Below, one piece after another: positions 60,083 to 64,000 of a stretch of 64,000 nt of DNA. How positions within the stretch are numbered: the first letter of the stretch is position 1; every line of letters starts with the position of its first letter. Under the pieces are notes generated by a model that searched no databases, had not been told where the DNA came from, and was given only the letters and a program-made list of their open reading frames with translations. Origin of the DNA: Gemmatimonadales bacterium (GTDB lineage: Bacteria; Gemmatimonadota; Gemmatimonadetes; Gemmatimonadales; GWC2-71-9); contig JBFJCP010000012.1 of NCBI GenBank assembly GCA_041615815.1, forward strand, positions 1 through 64,000, given 5' to 3'. The position numbers were made by a program, and so were the translations under genes.

Positions 60083-61080
60083 ACGTCCACCCATCGTTCC
60101 ACTTGTTCGTAGCGTCGACGCAGATACGGCACCAGGCCGTCCGGCTTCCAGAGAATCATCAGGACGAGCAGCCCGCTGTAGACGACGATCCGCAGGGACC
60201 CCAGATCACGGGCGGCCTCCGATAGGGGGAGAAGCAGAAACGCGCCCAGGACCGGCCCGGCGAGCGTTCCGACCCCACCAACGACAGCCGCCGCAATGGG
60301 CAGTATCGAGAGATCGAGCGCGAAGGCGGAGAGTCCGGCAACCATGTACAGGTGGGTGAAATACGCACCGGCAAAGGCCCCCAACGCCGCGGCCACGAAG
60401 ACGGCCACCACCCGATAGCGCGTCACGGCAATTCCACTGGCTCGCACCGCGAGATCGTCGTCACCCACGGCCCGGAGCACGAGACCAACGTCCGTGACCA
60501 GCATTCGGCGAAGCGCAAACACCGCCGTGACCACGACGACCAGGATCAGCAGACGTTCTATCCAGGGATGCGGAAGTGGTTCGATGCCCAGAAGCCCATC
60601 GGTGCCGCCAAACACCGCCGTGGCCTCGATGATCCGTGCAAAGAGCAGCGGATAGACCAACGTGGTCATCGAAAAGTAGATGCCTCGCAAGGAGAGACAC
60701 GGGAGCAGCAACAAGGTCGACAATGCAGCTCCCACCAGCGTGGCGAGAATCAATCCCACCAGCGGGTCGGCCCCGAGGCGGTTCCAGAGCGCGGCACTAT
60801 AGGCACCGACACCGAAGAACAGGGCCTGGCCCAGGGACACGAGACCGGTGGTGCCGGCGAGAAAGTCCCAGCTCAGCGCCAAGAGCCCGTACAGACCCGC
60901 GATGGTGATGATGCGCTGGACGTACGGATTCGGCACCAGCACTGCGACCGCGAACAGCACGACGATCGGCACCACACGCGGGGCAAGCAGGTACGCGAGA
61001 TACCGAACCGACGTCAGGGCATTGAGGTCGTCGGTCAGGACCTTGATGGGACGCTCGAGGCGCTCGCGGCGGCGTGACAA
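60079..61080 (-). CDS. livM: LivM-type ABC permease (TTG start approximate)
   Basis: GLVSLGQALFFGVGAY, LRGIYF, GGVGTLAGP. Confidence 0.88.
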   Translation of the reverse strand: MSRRRERLERPIKVLTDDLNALTSVRYLAYLLAPRVVPIVVLFAVAVLVPNPYVQRIITIAGLYGLLALSWDFLAGTTGLVSLGQALFFGVGAYSAALWNRLGADPLVGLILATLVGAALSTLLLLPCLSLRGIYFSMTTLVYPLLFARIIEATAVFGGTDGLLGIEPLPHPWIERLLILVVVVTAVFALRRMLVTDVGLVLRAVGDDDLAVRASGIAVTRYRVVAVFVAAALGAFAGAYFTHLYMVAGLSAFALDLSILPIAAAVVGGVGTLAGPVLGAFLLLPLSEAARDLGSLRIVVYSGLLVLMILWKPDGLVPYLRRRYEQVERWVDV

Positions 61081-61084
61081 CGGA

Positions 61085-61957
61085 CTAGAGCCGCTCCTCA
61101 AGCGCGTGTTGTTGACCAAACAAGCCGGAGGGGCGGATCATGAGCGTCAGCAAGATGGCGAGCAACGCCACGATCATCTGGAAGTGCGGCCCCAATACCG
61201 TCACTGATACGATCTGCACGTATCCAATCAGCAAGCTCGCGACGATGACACCCATGGTGCTCCCCAACCCGCCCACGATGCAGACGGCGATGGCCGTGAT
61301 CAGGACGTTGCCACCCGACTCCGCGCCGAGAAAGCTCAAGGGAACGAGCAAGACGGCCGCGACCCCCGCGAGACCCGCACCGAGCGCCACGCTCAGCGTC
61401 GCCGCTCGGTCCGCATCGATACCCACCGTCATCGCCGCCTCTTCGTCCTGCGCGATCGCCCGAAGCGACAGTCCCATGCGCGTGCGGTGACTGAACCACC
61501 ACAGCCCCGCTCCGAGCAGAAGGCCCGCAGCCACGACCATGATGCGCTGCGCGTCCACGGGCACCCCGAGAATCTCCAAGCGCCGTGCCGTGAACGGTGC
61601 AAGCCCGAAATTCGTCCCGAAGAACCCCAGAAAACGCATGAACTCGAGCGCCGTGATCCCGAGCGCGAACGTCACAATGACCTCAGCCAGTGGCAACCCG
61701 CGCACCCGAAGCAACACGTATCGATATAACACCACGCCCAGCGCCGCTGTCGCGGCAATCGCCAGTGGGGCCGCGAGCGCGTATGGCAGCCCCGCCCGCT
61801 GCAACAGTATCCACGCCGTGAAACCGCCGATCACATAGAGCGCACCGTGGGCAAAATTGGCGATTCGACTGATGCCGTAGGTCACCGAAAAGCCAATCGC
61901 CGTGAGCGCCAAGATGGCGCTATTGATGAGGCCATAGATTACGAGGGATACGATCAT
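61085..61957 (-). CDS. livH: LivH-type ABC permease
   Basis: ANFAHG, GLSLRAIAQD, IVGGLGS, IRPSGLFG. Confidence 0.9.
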   Translation of the reverse strand: MIVSLVIYGLINSAILALTAIGFSVTYGISRIANFAHGALYVIGGFTAWILLQRAGLPYALAAPLAIAATAALGVVLYRYVLLRVRGLPLAEVIVTFALGITALEFMRFLGFFGTNFGLAPFTARRLEILGVPVDAQRIMVVAAGLLLGAGLWWFSHRTRMGLSLRAIAQDEEAAMTVGIDADRAATLSVALGAGLAGVAAVLLVPLSFLGAESGGNVLITAIAVCIVGGLGSTMGVIVASLLIGYVQIVSVTVLGPHFQMIVALLAILLTLMIRPSGLFGQQHALEERL

Positions 61958-61964
61958 CGCGGTG

Positions 61965-63239
61965 TCATTGACTCACCCGCTCGGGGCGTAACCACGGAGG
62001 GATCCGCACGTTCCCTCGGGAAATGGTGGGCGGCCACACCACGACTCGCTCACCTGCCTGCCACTGAAACCACGTGCTCACGGCCCCCTCGGCGGGGTCA
62101 TAACTCGGCCGAACCTGATGGTCGCTGGGATCGAAGCGGATCCGTCCATACACACTCTGCAGATCCGTCGCCTCCAACGCGCGCACGAGCGCATCCGGTT
62201 CGAGGGTGCCGGCTCGCTCGATCGCATCCTTGAGGACATACACCGCCGTGTAACTACTCGCCGTCCCGTAGCCCTCCGGCTCCACGCCCCACCGAGCCCG
62301 GTAGGCATCGTAAAACGGCATGGTCAGTGGGGTCGCCTCCGACGGCGCATTGCCCGCGTTGGCGGGGGACGTGACCCAAAACTCCACCGCCCCCCCGGTC
62401 GCCTCCCAGGCACCGGGTTGCTCGACGGCGCTCGAAATACCCGCAATGGGAAGCACGGGAATCTCGAGATCGTGCCATTGTTTGACGAGAACGGCGATTT
62501 CGGGGTGGTCCATCCACACGAACAAGAGTTGCGCACCACTCGCCCGTGCCTTGAGCAGGCCGGTGGAATAGTCGCCGGTCCCGGTAGGATACACTTCGTT
62601 TCCCAGCAACTGCCATCCGCGCTCCCGTAGACGCGTCGCAACGATCTCGCCGATGGCACGCGCGTGGGCAACGTCCTGTACCATCAGGTAGGCGCGGTCA
62701 AATCCAAAGCGCCTCCGCACGGCCTCGAACAGATCCACCGCTTCTCCCGCAAGCGTGACCGCGTCGCTCGTAATGCGAAACAGATATCGATAGCGGTCGT
62801 AATCTTCGGCGATACGGCGGTTGTACGCGGGAGACAGGGCGCCAGTGGTCAAGATCGAGACGGTCCGGTGACGAGCCACGATGTCCATCGCCGCCAGCGC
62901 TGCCTCCGAACGCGTGGGTCCACCGAGAAGCACATCGACTCGCTTCTCGAGGAGCAGCTTCTCGACCACCAACAGCGCCTCCGAAAGCGGCACCCCGGGC
63001 TCGAGATCCCGCGTGTCCAGGACCTCGAGCCGGAAAGGCCGGGATGAGTCACCGACCTGAACGCCGCCACGCGCGTTGATCTGTTCGATGGCGAGCTGCA
63101 TGCCCCGCTGCGCATCCCACCCGTACAGGTACTGCGTGGACAGCGGCGCCCCGATCACAATGGCGTGGTCTGCCTCTCGCGAAGTTCCGCACGCGAGGCT
63201 CGCGCCCACGAGAAGCAACGAGAGTCGCCCGAAGCGCAT
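61965..63239 (-). CDS. Liv-type (LivJ/LivK family) substrate-binding lipoprotein
   Basis: Lipobox SLAC; AIEQINARGGV; DAIERAG; GRIRFD. Confidence 0.88.
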   Translation of the reverse strand: MRFGRLSLLLVGASLACGTSREADHAIVIGAPLSTQYLYGWDAQRGMQLAIEQINARGGVQVGDSSRPFRLEVLDTRDLEPGVPLSEALLVVEKLLLEKRVDVLLGGPTRSEAALAAMDIVARHRTVSILTTGALSPAYNRRIAEDYDRYRYLFRITSDAVTLAGEAVDLFEAVRRRFGFDRAYLMVQDVAHARAIGEIVATRLRERGWQLLGNEVYPTGTGDYSTGLLKARASGAQLLFVWMDHPEIAVLVKQWHDLEIPVLPIAGISSAVEQPGAWEATGGAVEFWVTSPANAGNAPSEATPLTMPFYDAYRARWGVEPEGYGTASSYTAVYVLKDAIERAGTLEPDALVRALEATDLQSVYGRIRFDPSDHQVRPSYDPAEGAVSTWFQWQAGERVVVWPPTISRGNVRIPPWLRPERVSQ

Positions 63240-63386
63240 GGTCAGCATCACCCCCCTACCGTGGACACAAAGAGGTAGGACCTCACGCGCCCGGTCAAGC
63301 CAGCAGTGCCTTCTGCGCATTACCTTTGGGACACGCTCCCGCAGGATCCGTCAGATCTGCCAGTCAGGCCCTTCGACGGAGGTCAC

Positions 63387-63983
63387 ATGTCGTTTCGAGG
63401 TGCCGGCACCTTCGCTCTGCTCACTGCCGTGGCGCCATACGCGCAGGCACAAATTCGCCCAACCATGGATATCGAGAGTCTCGAGGTCATTCCGGCCGTG
63501 CTCGTGGTGGTGGAGGGTATCACCGCTGATGCGGAAGCGGATGGACTCTCCGCCACGGATCTCCGCCAGGGCGTCGAGAACATGTTGCACCACGCCGGCA
63601 TCGCGACGCTGAGCGAGAAGGCCTGGTCGGATCTGATCGGGAACCCGGCGCTGCAGCTCAGCTTCCAGCTGCTCAAGGCATCCCCGCATCTCTACCTCTA
63701 CACGGCCACGGTCGAACTCAGACAACTCACGGTGCTGGTCCGGGATTCAACCAAAGGGGCGTGGACGAGGACCTGGTCCGCCGGCTCCCTGCTCGGGACC
63801 CGCCCGACGGCAAACCTGCCGTCGCTCGAACTGGACGTGCGGACTCTGGTTCGACGCTTCATCACGGAATATGCACGAGCCATGGAACGCCGGGGCGTAC
63901 CACACGATCTCCGCGCGCCGACCGCGCCGGCTGGCGTGGTCAAGACCGCCGCTAGGGACACCGGACGGACCGAGGGCGAATAA
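63387..63983 (+). CDS. Exported hypothetical protein
   Basis: GGAGG RBS; signal peptide ending AQA-Q. Confidence 0.65.
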   Translation: MSFRGAGTFALLTAVAPYAQAQIRPTMDIESLEVIPAVLVVVEGITADAEADGLSATDLRQGVENMLHHAGIATLSEKAWSDLIGNPALQLSFQLLKASPHLYLYTATVELRQLTVLVRDSTKGAWTRTWSAGSLLGTRPTANLPSLELDVRTLVRRFITEYARAMERRGVPHDLRAPTAPAGVVKTAARDTGRTEGE

Positions 63984-64000
63984 CCGCCCGCTCGGGCCTC

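Overview
GC-rich bacterial chromosomal window, densely coding (about 50 CDS). The gene repertoire suggests Gemmatimonadota or a similar diderm lineage (inference only). I recognised no rRNA, tRNA, CRISPR array, transposase or integrase. Best candidate for an undescribed system (16.7-25.9 kb): a TLC/NTT-family nucleotide (ATP/ADP) translocase-HEAT fusion plus a tandem cNMP-binding-fold protein, transcribed divergently from an apparently exported PEP-utiliser-type dikinase with glucan-water-dikinase domain order and two exported SxxK/SxN/KSG penicillin-binding-protein-fold enzymes. This suggests ATP export to fuel phosphorylation chemistry in the periplasm. Immediately downstream is an unannotated ~215-nt minus-strand unit with a promoter, a 13-nt perfect anti-16S Shine-Dalgarno, a 19-codon ORF, stems and a terminator. 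Other notable items: a RimB-RimK(TrkA_C)-M14 peptidase operon coupled to a binding-protein/kinase/sigma-54 activator system with a visible target promoter; a GluR0-like K+ channel; a YyaL-aldo/keto reductase fusion; a kinase lacking its H-box His; a heme c/copper monooxygenase/TPR fusion; and a Liv-type ABC transporter ending in a CoA ligase. All functional calls come from motif recognition by eye; no database searches were run.
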